This document shows, piece after piece, positions 8,424 to 16,788 of a stretch of 32,000 nucleotides of DNA. The DNA comes from Cupriavidus necator (GTDB lineage Bacteria > Pseudomonadota > Gammaproteobacteria > Burkholderiales > Burkholderiaceae). The first letter of the stretch is position 1. Each line of letters starts with the position of its first letter. The translations under genes were made by a program, and so were the position numbers. Under the pieces are notes generated by a model that saw only the letters and a list, made by a program, of their open reading frames with translations, ran no database searches and was not told the DNA's origin. The stretch covers positions 2,370,001 through 2,402,000 of the forward strand of contig NZ_CP066019.1 of assembly GCF_016127575.1 (NCBI RefSeq), given 5' to 3'.

Positions 8424-9413
8424 ATGTCCGAGACCACTGAGGTTGCTGGCAACGCGGCGGCTGCGCCGCCGCGCAACAGCGCCGCCGATGCCGAGGCCCG
8501 CGCCATCGCGGTTGCCGATACGGTCGCGCGCACTGCCGTCGAGCAGGCCGACCATGCCATGCGCCACTGGACCGACCCCACCGCGGGGCCGGTACGCATC
8601 GGCTCCGCGCAGCACCTGCAGATGTTCTGCAATATGCTGCTGCAGACCCACAACCCCTACAAACCCGCCGTGATCGACTGGCCGAAGCTGTCGCCGGAGG
8701 CCCTGCACCGCGTCACCTCGCTGCCGATCTGGGATATCGCCGTGCAGACCGAGGGCCGCGCCTCGATCCGAGTCAAGACCTTTGCCCAGACCGTCAGCGA
8801 TCCGCTGCTGCGCATCGCGCTGGAAATGGACGGCGGCGAAGAGGCGCGCCACAAGGTGGTGCTGTCGAAACTGGTCGAGGCCTACGGCATCGCGCTCGCG
8901 CCCGAGCCTGACTACCCGCCCCCGGACGATCCGGAATGGGGCTGGCTGGTTACCGGCTACAGCGAGTGCATCGACAGCTTCTTCGCCTTCGGCCTGTTCG
9001 CCGCGGCCAGGCGCTCCGGCTTCTTCCCCGCCGAGCTGGTCGAGACCTTCGAGCCGGTGATCCAGGAGGAAGGCCGGCATATCCTGTTCTTCGTCAACTG
9101 GGCCGCCTGGTACCGGCGCACCCTGCCGTGGTGGCGCCGTCCGCTGTTTGCGCTGAAGGTGGCGCGGGTGTGGGCCTTCCTGGTCTGGGAGCGCATCGGC
9201 ATCGCGCGCGGCATCGACACCGACGGCGTGGCCCAGGACGCCAACTTCACCATGAACGGCTCGGCGGCGCTGGGCGAAGCCCTGACGCCGGGCGCGATGA
9301 TCGACCTGTGCCTGGCCGAGAACGACCGGCGCATGGCCGGCTACGACGCGCGCCTGCTGCGCCCGGAAACCGTGCCGCGGCTGGCCCGGCTGGCGCGGCG
9401 CTTCGTCAAGTAG
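8424..9413 (+). CDS. Ferritin-like di-iron carboxylate protein (AurF / desaturase-like four-helix-bundle signature), function unknown; linked to hpnB
   Basis: 329 aa with AGGGGG upstream of the ATG. The ligand pattern is E110 ... E140-A-R-H143 ... E181 ... E216-G-R-H219, with about 30 and 35 aa spacings, which is the classical E/ExxH/E/ExxH di-iron motif. A Trp/Arg-rich amphipathic stretch (RRTLPWWRRPLFALKVARVWAFLVWERI) follows. The stop is 9 nt before the hpnB ATG. Confidence 0.75.
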   Translation: MSETTEVAGNAAAAPPRNSAADAEARAIAVADTVARTAVEQADHAMRHWTDPTAGPVRIGSAQHLQMFCNMLLQTHNPYKPAVIDWPKLSPEALHRVTSLPIWDIAVQTEGRASIRVKTFAQTVSDPLLRIALEMDGGEEARHKVVLSKLVEAYGIALAPEPDYPPPDDPEWGWLVTGYSECIDSFFAFGLFAAARRSGFFPAELVETFEPVIQEEGRHILFFVNWAAWYRRTLPWWRRPLFALKVARVWAFLVWERIGIARGIDTDGVAQDANFTMNGSAALGEALTPGAMIDLCLAENDRRMAGYDARLLRPETVPRLARLARRFVK

Positions 9414-9422
9414 GGCCGGCCC

Positions 9423-10565
9423 ATGCACCTTGCGTTGGCATTGTCGCTGCTGTCGCTGGCGGTCTGGCTGGTGCTGATCTTTGCCCGCGCGGGCTTCTGG
9501 CGCGTGCGCAAGCCGGCTGCCGCACCGGATCCCGCAGCCTGGCCGGAGGTGGTCGCGGTCATCCCCGCCCGCAACGAGGCCGACGTGATCGGCCGCGCCG
9601 TGGCCGGCGTGCTGGGCCAGCGCTACCGGGGCCGGCTGGCGCTGGTGGTGGTGGACGACCACAGCCAGGACGGCACCGCCGATATCGCCCGCGCCGCCGC
9701 CGCGGCCACCGCGCGCCCGCGGGGGCTGACCGTGATCGGCGCTCGCGAGCTGCCGGCCGGCTGGAGCGGCAAGGTCTGGGCGCAGTCCGAAGGATTGGCC
9801 GCGGCCGACGGCATCGCCCCGCAGGCCCGCTACGTCTGGCTGACCGATGCCGATATCTGGCACGGCCCCGGCGTGCTGGCCGGTCTGGTGGCGCGCGCCG
9901 AGCACGAACGGCGCGACCTGGTCTCGCTGATGGTCCGGCTGCGCTGCGAATCCGCCTGGGAACGGCTGATCGTGCCGGCCTTTGTCTTCTTCTTCGCCAA
10001 GCTCTACCCCTTCGCCCGCGTGCGCGATGCCCGCTGCCGCGTGGCGGCCGCGGCCGGGGGCTGCATGCTGGCCAGCCGCGCGGCGCTGGCGCGCATTGGC
10101 GGCTTTGCCGCCATCCGCGGCGAGCTGATCGACGACTGCGGCCTGGCCGCGCGCATCAAGCCCGGCGGCGCGATCCGGCTGGACCTGGCCGACGACAGCG
10201 TGTCGTTGCGGCCCTACAACGACTGGCGCAGCCTGTGGGACATGATCGCGCGCAGCGCTTATACGCAATTGCGCTACTCGCCGCCGCTGCTGGCCGGCGC
10301 GGTGGCGGGCATGGTGCTGACCTACCTGGTGCCGCCGGTGCTGGCGCTCGGCTGGCGGCTGTGGCCGGCATGGCTGGCCTGGGGCGCGATGACCCTGGCC
10401 TACCTGCCGATGCTGCGCGAATACCGGCAGCCGGCGTGGCTGGCGCCGCTGCTGCCGGTCACGGCGCTGTTCTACCTGGGGGCAACCATCGACTCGGCAC
10501 GGCGCTACTGGCTGCGGCGCGGCGGGCAGTGGAAGGGCCGGGCGCAGGCGCCGGTGCGGTCCTGA
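9423..10565 (+). CDS. hpnB: Hopanoid-associated family-2 glycosyltransferase HpnB
   Basis: 380 aa with an N-terminal TM helix. It matches the recalled HpnB pattern: AVIPARNEADVIG, VVVDDHSQDGT, LPAGWSGKVWA, WLTDADI, LVSLMVRLRC, AFVFFFAKLYPF, AAAGGCML, LIDDCGLA, plus C-terminal TM helices. It sits in an hpn context. Confidence 0.8.
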   Translation: MHLALALSLLSLAVWLVLIFARAGFWRVRKPAAAPDPAAWPEVVAVIPARNEADVIGRAVAGVLGQRYRGRLALVVVDDHSQDGTADIARAAAAATARPRGLTVIGARELPAGWSGKVWAQSEGLAAADGIAPQARYVWLTDADIWHGPGVLAGLVARAEHERRDLVSLMVRLRCESAWERLIVPAFVFFFAKLYPFARVRDARCRVAAAAGGCMLASRAALARIGGFAAIRGELIDDCGLAARIKPGGAIRLDLADDSVSLRPYNDWRSLWDMIARSAYTQLRYSPPLLAGAVAGMVLTYLVPPVLALGWRLWPAWLAWGAMTLAYLPMLREYRQPAWLAPLLPVTALFYLGATIDSARRYWLRRGGQWKGRAQAPVRS

Positions 10566-10580
10566 GCGCTCCCTGCCAGC

Positions 10581-11588
10581 TTAGCGCTTGTCGAGATACC
10601 CCTGCGCCCGGAACCACTCCAGCGCGTCCCGCAAACCCTCCTGGTATGGCCGCGGCTGATAGCCCAGCACCTTGCGCGCCTTGTCTGATGTAAAGAACAT
10701 CCGGTACCGGGACATATTGAGTCCATCTACAGTGATGAACGGCTCCTTGCCGGTAAAGCGTGCCGCCGCCTCCGCCCCGTACGCCAGCGGGTACAGCGGC
10801 CAGCGCGGCAGCTGCATGGTCGGCGGGCGCCGGCCGCACAGCTGCGCGATGTCACGCAGCATCTGCTGCAGCATCACGTCCTGGCCGCCCAGGATGTAGC
10901 GCTCGCCGGCCTGGCCGCGTTCCAGCGCCAGGAAATGCCCTTCGGCCACGTCATCCACATGCGCCAGGTTCAGGCCGGTATCGACAAAGGCGGGGATCTT
11001 GCCCGTGGCCGCCTCGACGATGATGCGCCCGGTCGGCGTCGGCCGCACGTCGCGCGGGCCGATCGGAGTGGACGGGTTGACGATGACCGCCGGCAGGCCG
11101 CGCTCGGCCACCAGTTTTTCGACCACGCGCTCGGCCAGCACCTTGCTGCGCTTGTAGGCGCCGATGGCCTCGTGCGGGCGCAGCGCCGCGGTCTCGTCCA
11201 CCGGCGCCCGCGCGCCGGCCACGCGCAGCGTCGCCACGCTGCTGGTATAGACCACCCGCTCGACGCCGGCCTGCTGCGCGGCCTCCATCACGGCCAGGGT
11301 GCCGTCGACGTTAGTGCGCACGATCTCCTCGGGGTCCGGCGCCCACAGCCGGTAGTCGGCGGCCACATGGAACAGGTAGCGCACGCCCTGCAGCGCGGCA
11401 GCCACCGCGCCGGCGTCGCGCATGTCGCCTTCCGCCACGCTCACCGGCAGCCCGGCCAAGTTGGCGCGCGGGCTTTGCGGGCGCACCAGCACGCGCACCC
11501 GGAAGCCGCGTGCCAGCGCCCTGCGCACCACCGCCGAGCCCAGAAAGCCCGAGGCGCCTGTCACCAGCACGTCATCGTTTTTCGTCAT
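10581..11588 (-). CDS. hpnA: Hopanoid-associated sugar epimerase / NAD-dependent SDR HpnA
   Basis: 335 aa from ATG 11588. Rossmann motif VLVTGASGFLGSAVV and extended-SDR catalytic YKRSK. Dihydroflavonol-reductase-like body. Convergent with hpnB and divergent from ispH. Confidence 0.85.
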   Translation of the reverse strand: MTKNDDVLVTGASGFLGSAVVRRALARGFRVRVLVRPQSPRANLAGLPVSVAEGDMRDAGAVAAALQGVRYLFHVAADYRLWAPDPEEIVRTNVDGTLAVMEAAQQAGVERVVYTSSVATLRVAGARAPVDETAALRPHEAIGAYKRSKVLAERVVEKLVAERGLPAVIVNPSTPIGPRDVRPTPTGRIIVEAATGKIPAFVDTGLNLAHVDDVAEGHFLALERGQAGERYILGGQDVMLQQMLRDIAQLCGRRPPTMQLPRWPLYPLAYGAEAAARFTGKEPFITVDGLNMSRYRMFFTSDKARKVLGYQPRPYQEGLRDALEWFRAQGYLDKR

Positions 11589-11609
11589 AAGCCCGTTTTC
11601 CCGTGAGGC

Positions 11610-11651
11610 GGAGTCGCCCCGGGCCAGCCTCGCGCTGGCCAAGGCGACTCC
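11610..11651. promoter_or_regulatory. Compound hairpin / inverted repeat in the hpnA leader
   Basis: ggagtcgcc (11610-11618) and ggcgactcc (11643-11651) are perfect 9-bp arms. They enclose an inner ggccag/ctggcc stem. The structure begins 22 nt upstream of the hpnA start. Confidence 0.4.
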
Positions 11652-11708
11652 AGACAAAGCCGGCGTGTCGGGTATATAGTAACCACCGTGCGACGGAAAT
11701 GTGATCTG

Positions 11709-11737
11709 CGGTGGATCTCCGGTGGATGCCGGTGCAT
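11709..11737 (+). promoter_or_regulatory. Three helically phased direct repeats, CGGTG(G/C)AT, upstream of ispH
   Basis: cggtggat at 11709, cggtggat at 11720 and cggtgcat at 11730 have 11- and 10-nt spacing. They lie 60-90 nt upstream of the ispH ATG (11797). This geometry is typical of direct-repeat-binding regulators. Confidence 0.35.
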
Positions 11738-11796
11738 TTCCTGTCCCGCCATCCCAAACACTGAAACCCGTTGCAAAGGGTCGGGGGGCTTACTCT

Positions 11797-12810
11797 ATGC
11801 AGGTGATTCTTGCTCAGCCCCGGGGCTTCTGCGCTGGCGTGGTGCGCGCGATCGAGATCGTCGACCGCGCCCTCGTCAAGCATGGCGCCCCGGTGTTCGT
11901 GCGGCATGAGATCGTGCACAACAAGCACGTCGTAGAGGGACTGAAGGACAAGGGGGCGCGCTTCGTCGAAGAACTGGACGAAGTCCCGACCGGCGCCGTG
12001 ACGATCTTCAGCGCGCACGGGGTCTCGCGCGAGGTCATCGCCGATGCCAGCCAGCGCCAGTTGCATGCCATCGACGCCACCTGCCCGCTGGTGATCAAGG
12101 TCCATACCCAGGGCCGCCAGTACGCGGCCAGCGGCCGCACCGTGATCCTGATCGGCCATGCCGGCCACCCGGAAGTGGAAGGCACCATGGGCCAGATCCC
12201 GGGCAAGGTGATCCTGGTGCAGAACGAGGCCGAGGTCGCGCAGCTGGACCTGCCCGCCGACACCCCGGTCGCCTATGTCACGCAGACCACGCTGAGCGTG
12301 GACGACACCCGCAATATCATCGCCGCGCTCGGGCGCCGCTTCAGCAACCTGGTCGGTCCCGATACGCGCGATATCTGCTACGCCACGCAGAACCGCCAGA
12401 GCGCGGTGCGCGACCTGTGCAAGCTGGCCGACGTGATCCTGGTGATCGGCGCGACGAACAGCTCCAACTCCAACCGCCTGCGCGAGATCGGCACTGAAAG
12501 CGGCGTGCCCAGCTACCTGATCGCCGAAGGCGCCGAGCTGGACCCCGCCTGGGTGCGCGACGCCAACGTGGTGGGCATCACCGCCGGCGCCTCCGCCCCC
12601 GAGGAAATGGTCGAGGACGTGATCAACGCGCTGCGCCGGCTGGGCCCGGTGGATGTCACCACCATGGCCGGGCGCGAGGAACATGCCGAGTTCCGGCTGC
12701 CGCCCGAACTGGCCGACGTAAAGCCGCAATCGGCCCCGCGCAAGGCCGGCAAGGAACCCGCCGCAGTCGCGGCCGCACCGGCCACCGCCAACGAGAATAT
12801 CGCCGGCTGA
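11797..12810 (+). CDS. ispH: 4-hydroxy-3-methylbut-2-enyl diphosphate reductase (IspH/LytB), hopanoid-cluster copy
   Basis: 337 aa from ATG 11797. [19 protein letters not shown], HEIVHN, SAHGVS, DATCPLVxKVH, GHxGHPEVxGT and SSNSNRL match IspH, including the three Fe-S Cys positions. An Ala/Pro-rich C-terminal tail of about 20-40 aa extends beyond the canonical end. Confidence 0.93.
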   Translation: MQVILAQPRGFCAGVVRAIEIVDRALVKHGAPVFVRHEIVHNKHVVEGLKDKGARFVEELDEVPTGAVTIFSAHGVSREVIADASQRQLHAIDATCPLVIKVHTQGRQYAASGRTVILIGHAGHPEVEGTMGQIPGKVILVQNEAEVAQLDLPADTPVAYVTQTTLSVDDTRNIIAALGRRFSNLVGPDTRDICYATQNRQSAVRDLCKLADVILVIGATNSSNSNRLREIGTESGVPSYLIAEGAELDPAWVRDANVVGITAGASAPEEMVEDVINALRRLGPVDVTTMAGREEHAEFRLPPELADVKPQSAPRKAGKEPAAVAAAPATANENIAG

Positions 12811-12831
12811 ACCCAACCAGAGGAAGCTGCC

Positions 12832-14001
12832 TTGGCTATTCCGCTACTGCAGGTCGCCCGCGTGGGCGCCTACATCGTCGGCAAGCATCTGTCGCGACAG
12901 AAGCGCTATCCGCTTGCCCTGATGCTGGAACCGCTGTTCCGCTGCAACCTGGCGTGCTCAGGCTGCGGCAAGATCGATTATCCGGATCCCATCCTGAACC
13001 AGCGCCTGTCGGTGCAGGAATGCCTGGAGGCGGTGGATGAATGCGGTGCCCCGGTGGTGTCCATCGCCGGCGGCGAGCCGCTGCTGCACAAGGACATGCC
13101 GCAGATCGTGCAAGGCATCATCGCGCGGCGCAAGTTCGTCTACCTGTGCACCAATGCGCTGCTGATGGAAAAGAAGCTGGACCAGTACCAGCCCAGCCCG
13201 TATTTCATCTGGTCGGTGCACCTGGACGGCGACCGCGAGATGCATGACCGCTCGGTGTGCCAGGAAGGCGTGTACGACCGCTGCGTCGAGGCAATCCGGC
13301 TGGCCAAGCAACGGGGTTTCCGCGTCAATATCAACTGCACGCTGTTCAACGATGCCCAGCCCGAGCGCGTGGCGAAGTTCTTCGACTCGGTCAAGGCGCT
13401 GGGCGTGGACGGCATCACCGTGTCGCCTGGCTATGCCTATGAACGCGCGCCGGACCAGCAGCACTTCCTGAACCGCGGCAAGACCCGCCAGCTGTTTCGC
13501 GACATCCTCAGCCGCGGCCGCGCCGGCAAGAACTGGGCCTTCAGCCAGTCGACGCTGTTCCTGGACTTCCTGGCCGGCAACCAGACCTACCACTGCACCC
13601 CGTGGGGCAACCCGGCGCGCACCGTATTCGGCTGGCAGCGTCCGTGCTACCTGGTGGGCGAGGGCTATGCCGCCACCTTCCGCGAGCTGATGGAAGAAAC
13701 CGACTGGGACGCCTACGGCACCGGCAACTACGAGAAGTGCGCCGACTGCATGGTCCACAGCGGCTATGAGGCCACCGCCGTGGCCGACACCTTTGCCCAT
13801 CCGCTCAAGGCGCTGGGCGTGAGCCTGCGCGGCGTGCGCACCAGCGGGCCGATGGCGCCCGATATTGCGCTGGACCGGCAGCGGCCGGCGGAATACGTGT
13901 TCTCGCGCCACGTCGAGATCAAGCTCGAGGAAATCCAGCGCGCGAAACCGCGCGCCAACCGGCCGCGGCCGGCCGAGGCCAACGCCGCGGCCACGCACTG
14001 A
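12832..14001 (+). CDS. hpnH: Radical SAM adenosylhopane synthase HpnH
   Basis: 389 aa with a TTG start and AGGAAG 5 nt upstream. MLEPLFRCNLACSGCGKI carries the CxxxCxxC radical-SAM cluster motif. GGEPLLH and a C-terminal Cys-rich region (CTPWGNP, CYL, CADCMVHSGYE) match the recalled HpnH pattern. Confidence 0.93.
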   Translation: MAIPLLQVARVGAYIVGKHLSRQKRYPLALMLEPLFRCNLACSGCGKIDYPDPILNQRLSVQECLEAVDECGAPVVSIAGGEPLLHKDMPQIVQGIIARRKFVYLCTNALLMEKKLDQYQPSPYFIWSVHLDGDREMHDRSVCQEGVYDRCVEAIRLAKQRGFRVNINCTLFNDAQPERVAKFFDSVKALGVDGITVSPGYAYERAPDQQHFLNRGKTRQLFRDILSRGRAGKNWAFSQSTLFLDFLAGNQTYHCTPWGNPARTVFGWQRPCYLVGEGYAATFRELMEETDWDAYGTGNYEKCADCMVHSGYEATAVADTFAHPLKALGVSLRGVRTSGPMAPDIALDRQRPAEYVFSRHVEIKLEEIQRAKPRANRPRPAEANAAATH

Positions 14002-14012
14002 CCGCACTACCG

Positions 14013-15365
14013 ATGGCCGCGGAACTTGCCGCCACCCTCCCAGGCGCTGCGCTGACCTGCGTGTCGGCGGCCTATGCGCTGGCCGCGGCCTGGCTGTCGC
14101 ATCGCGCGCCGGCGGCAAGCGGCGGCACCGCGACGACGCCGGTCAGCGTGCTCAAGCCGCTGTGCGGCGCCGAGCCCCGGCTGTACGAGAACCTGGCCAC
14201 GCTGTGCCGGCAGCGGCATCCGTCGTTCCAGCTGGTATTCGGCGTGCATGCCGCGGACGATCCCGCCATCGCCGTGGTCGAACGGCTGCGCCGCGACTTC
14301 CCGGCGTGCGACATCGCGCTGGTGGTCGATCCGCAAGTGCACGGCACCAACCTGAAAGTCAGCAACCTGGTCAACCTGTTCGCACAAGCGAAGCACGATG
14401 TGCTGGTGATCGCCGACAGCGATATCGCCGTGCCGCCCGACTACCTGGCGCGCGTGACCGCGCCGCTGGCCGACGCCGGCGTGGGCGTGGTCACCTGCCT
14501 CTACCGCGGCAATCCGACTGGCGGGCGGTGGTCGCGCATCGGCGCGCAGTTCATCAACGACTGGTTCGCGCCGTCGGTGCGCATCGCCCACGCGGGCGGC
14601 TCGCAACGCTTTGCCTTTGGCGCGACGATTGCGCTGCGGCGGGATGCGCTGGTTTCGGTCGGCGGGTTCGAGGTATTGGCGGACCGGCTGGCGGATGACT
14701 TCTGGCTGGGCGAGCTGACGCGGCGACAAGGGTTGCGCACGGTGCTGTCAGACGTGGTGGTCAGCACCGATGTCACCGAGGAACACTTTGCCGACCTTTG
14801 GCGGCATGAGGTGCGCTGGCTGCGCACGATAAGGTCGCTCAATCCGCTGGGTTTTGCCTTCACCTTTATTACCTTCACCTGGCCGATGCTGGTGCTGGGC
14901 GTATTGCTGGCGCCGCTCCCTGCTGTTCTTGCCCTGGCGACCCTCGGCGTGATCGCGCGCAGCATGATGGCGGGCAGCGTGGCCGCTGCGTTGCGCGCGC
15001 CGTTGCGCGATGCGATGCTGCTGGCCGGCTGGGCCGTTGCGCTGACGGGCAAGCGCGTGCGGTGGCGCGAGCAGGTGCTGCCGGTACATGATGGGCAGCA
15101 CTCCGGGCGAGCGCCTGCCCTCTCCCCCGCCCCTCTCCCGCAAGCGGGCGAGGGGAGAAAACAGGCGGACAGGGAGCCGCCATCGCGTTATTCCGCACGC
15201 CGTCCTGCGGCAGCGTCCGTTGATGTGACGACGTTGAACGCAGCGGCGGTTCGCTCCCCTCTCCCGCCTGCGGGAGAGGGGCCGGGGGAGAGGGCCGGCG
15301 TATCCACGAAGTCCCCACCCCCAACCCCACCCTTCACCGGCATCCATCCCCAGAGGCCGCAATGA
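14013..15365 (+). CDS. hpnI: Hopanoid glycosyltransferase HpnI (N-acetylglucosaminyl transferase type) with a repeat-encoded C-terminal extension
   Basis: VSVLKPLCGAEPxLYENL, FQLVFGV, VIADSDI and the DxxLG / RHEVRWLRT ceramide-glucosyltransferase-like core run to about residue 358. Residues ~365-450 are translated from the palindromic repeats at 15117-15295. The stop overlaps the hpnJ ATG (ATGA). The true 3' end is uncertain. Confidence 0.82.
   Translation: MAAELAATLPGAALTCVSAAYALAAAWLSHRAPAASGGTATTPVSVLKPLCGAEPRLYENLATLCRQRHPSFQLVFGVHAADDPAIAVVERLRRDFPACDIALVVDPQVHGTNLKVSNLVNLFAQAKHDVLVIADSDIAVPPDYLARVTAPLADAGVGVVTCLYRGNPTGGRWSRIGAQFINDWFAPSVRIAHAGGSQRFAFGATIALRRDALVSVGGFEVLADRLADDFWLGELTRRQGLRTVLSDVVVSTDVTEEHFADLWRHEVRWLRTIRSLNPLGFAFTFITFTWPMLVLGVLLAPLPAVLALATLGVIARSMMAGSVAAALRAPLRDAMLLAGWAVALTGKRVRWREQVLPVHDGQHSGRAPALSPAPLPQAGEGRKQADREPPSRYSARRPAAASVDVTTLNAAAVRSPLPPAGEGPGERAGVSTKSPPPTPPFTGIHPQRPQ
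15117..15295. repeat. Inverted pair of REP/MITE-like palindromic units (41 and 42 nt arms) separated by ~96 nt, in the hpnI-hpnJ junction
   Basis: Arm 1 (15117-15157) is gccctctcccccgcccctctcccgcaagcgggcgaggggag. The reverse complement of arm 2 (15254-15295) is gccctctcccccggcccctctcccgcaggcgggagaggggag, which matches at about 38/41 positions with one indel. Each arm also contains its own hairpin (cccctctcccgc-N4-gcgggngagggg). The translations (PLPQAGEG, PLPPAGEGPGER; opposite strand SPLARLRERGGGEG) are typical of intergenic repeat families in beta- and gamma-proteobacteria. Confidence 0.8.
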
Positions 15366-16786
15366 AAAAAACCCTGTTCCTCCAGGCCCCTTCCTTCGAC
15401 GGCTTCGACGGCGGCGCGGGCTCGCGCTACCAGGCCAAGCGCGAGATCAAGTCGTTCTGGTACCCGACCTGGCTGGCGCAGCCCGCCGCACTGGTGCCGG
15501 GCAGCCGCGTGCTCGACGCACCGGCCGACGGCCTGACCGTGCAGCAGACGCTGGATATCGCCGCGGACTATGAACTGGTCATCATCCACACCAGCACGCC
15601 CTCGTTCCCCACCGACGCCAAGTTCGCCGAGGAACTGAAGCAGCGCAAGCCGGACGTGATGATCGGCATGGTCGGCGCCAAGCCCGCAGTCGATCCGGGC
15701 GGCACGCTGGGTGCCAGCGAGGCCATCGACTTCGTCTGCCGCGAGGAGTTCGACTACACCTGCCAGGACGTGGCCGCGGGCAAGCCGCTCCAGGACATCC
15801 TGGGCCTGTCCTATCGCTTGCCGGACGGCTCGCTCGAACACAACGGGCAGCGCCCGATGATCGAGAACATGGACGAGCTGCCCTTCGTGGCGCCGGTCTA
15901 CCAGCGCGACCTGAAGATCGACAACTACTTCATCGGCTACCTGAAGCACCCCTATGTGTCGATCTACACCGGCCGCGGCTGCCGTTCGCGCTGCACCTTC
16001 TGCCTGTGGCCGCAGACCGTGGGCGGGCACCGCTACCGCACGCGCTCGGCCGAGAGCGTGATCGCCGAGGTCAAATGGATCAAGGAGAACATGCCCGAGG
16101 TCAAGGAGATCATGTTCGACGACGACACCTTCACCGACTTCAAGCCGCGCGTGGAAGAGATCGCGCGCGGGCTGGGCCAGCTGGGGGTCACGTGGTCCTG
16201 CAATGCCAAGGCCAACGTGCCGTACAGCACGCTCAAGATCATGAAGGAGAACGGCCTGCGCCTGCTGCTGGTGGGCTATGAGTCCGGCGACGACCAGATC
16301 CTGCTGAACATCAAGAAGGGCCTGCGCACGGACATCGCGCGCCGCTTCACCGAGGACTGCCGCAAGCTGGGCATCCAGATCCACGGCACCTTTATCCTGG
16401 GCCTGCCGGGCGAGACGCGCGAGACCATCGAGAAGACCATCGAGTACGCCAAGGAAATCAACCCGCACACCATCCAGGTGTCGCTGGCCGCGCCCTACCC
16501 CGGGACCACGCTGTACCGGCAGGCGGTGGAGAACGGCTGGCTCGAGGAAAACAAGGTCATCAACCTGGTCAACGACCAGGGCGTGCAGCTGGCCGCGATC
16601 AGCTATCCGCACCTGTCCAGGGAAGACATCTACCACGGCGTGGAGACCTTCTATAAGCGCTTCTACTTCCGCCCCGGCAAGATCTGGGAAATCGTGCGCG
16701 AGATGCTGGGCAGCTGGGACATGATGAAGCGGCGCCTGCGCGAAGGCGTGGAGTTCTTCCGCTTCCTGCGCTCGCACGAGGCCTGA
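15362..16786 (+). CDS. hpnJ: B12-binding radical SAM protein HpnJ
   Basis: 474 aa. N-terminal cobalamin-binding-like domain, then IYTGRGCRSRCTFCLWP (CxxxCxxC). The remainder matches the recalled HpnJ family. It follows hpnI with a 4-nt overlap. Confidence 0.92.
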   Translation: MKKTLFLQAPSFDGFDGGAGSRYQAKREIKSFWYPTWLAQPAALVPGSRVLDAPADGLTVQQTLDIAADYELVIIHTSTPSFPTDAKFAEELKQRKPDVMIGMVGAKPAVDPGGTLGASEAIDFVCREEFDYTCQDVAAGKPLQDILGLSYRLPDGSLEHNGQRPMIENMDELPFVAPVYQRDLKIDNYFIGYLKHPYVSIYTGRGCRSRCTFCLWPQTVGGHRYRTRSAESVIAEVKWIKENMPEVKEIMFDDDTFTDFKPRVEEIARGLGQLGVTWSCNAKANVPYSTLKIMKENGLRLLLVGYESGDDQILLNIKKGLRTDIARRFTEDCRKLGIQIHGTFILGLPGETRETIEKTIEYAKEINPHTIQVSLAAPYPGTTLYRQAVENGWLEENKVINLVNDQGVQLAAISYPHLSREDIYHGVETFYKRFYFRPGKIWEIVREMLGSWDMMKRRLREGVEFFRFLRSHEA

Positions 16787-16788
16787 TC

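Noticed and set aside
6874-10693. Very long ORFs antisense or off-frame to the permease, the di-iron gene and hpnB (6874-8409 minus, 511 aa; 8385-10268 minus, 627 aa; 8936-10693 plus, 585 aa)
   Set aside because: Their translations are low-complexity Arg/Gly/Ala/Pro/His-rich strings with no recognisable motifs. They fully overlap ORFs with clear family signatures and GC3-biased codon usage. Stop-codon-poor alternative frames are expected at ~67% GC.
15188-16777. 529-aa minus-strand ORF opposite hpnJ. Similar shadow ORFs lie opposite hpnN (20030-21412), copB (27184-28596), hpnH (12958-14118), ispH (11572-12816) and the OYE genes.
   Set aside because: The reasoning is the same. These are shadow ORFs of well-supported genes with no domain-like sequence and with Arg/Ala/Gly/His-dominated composition.
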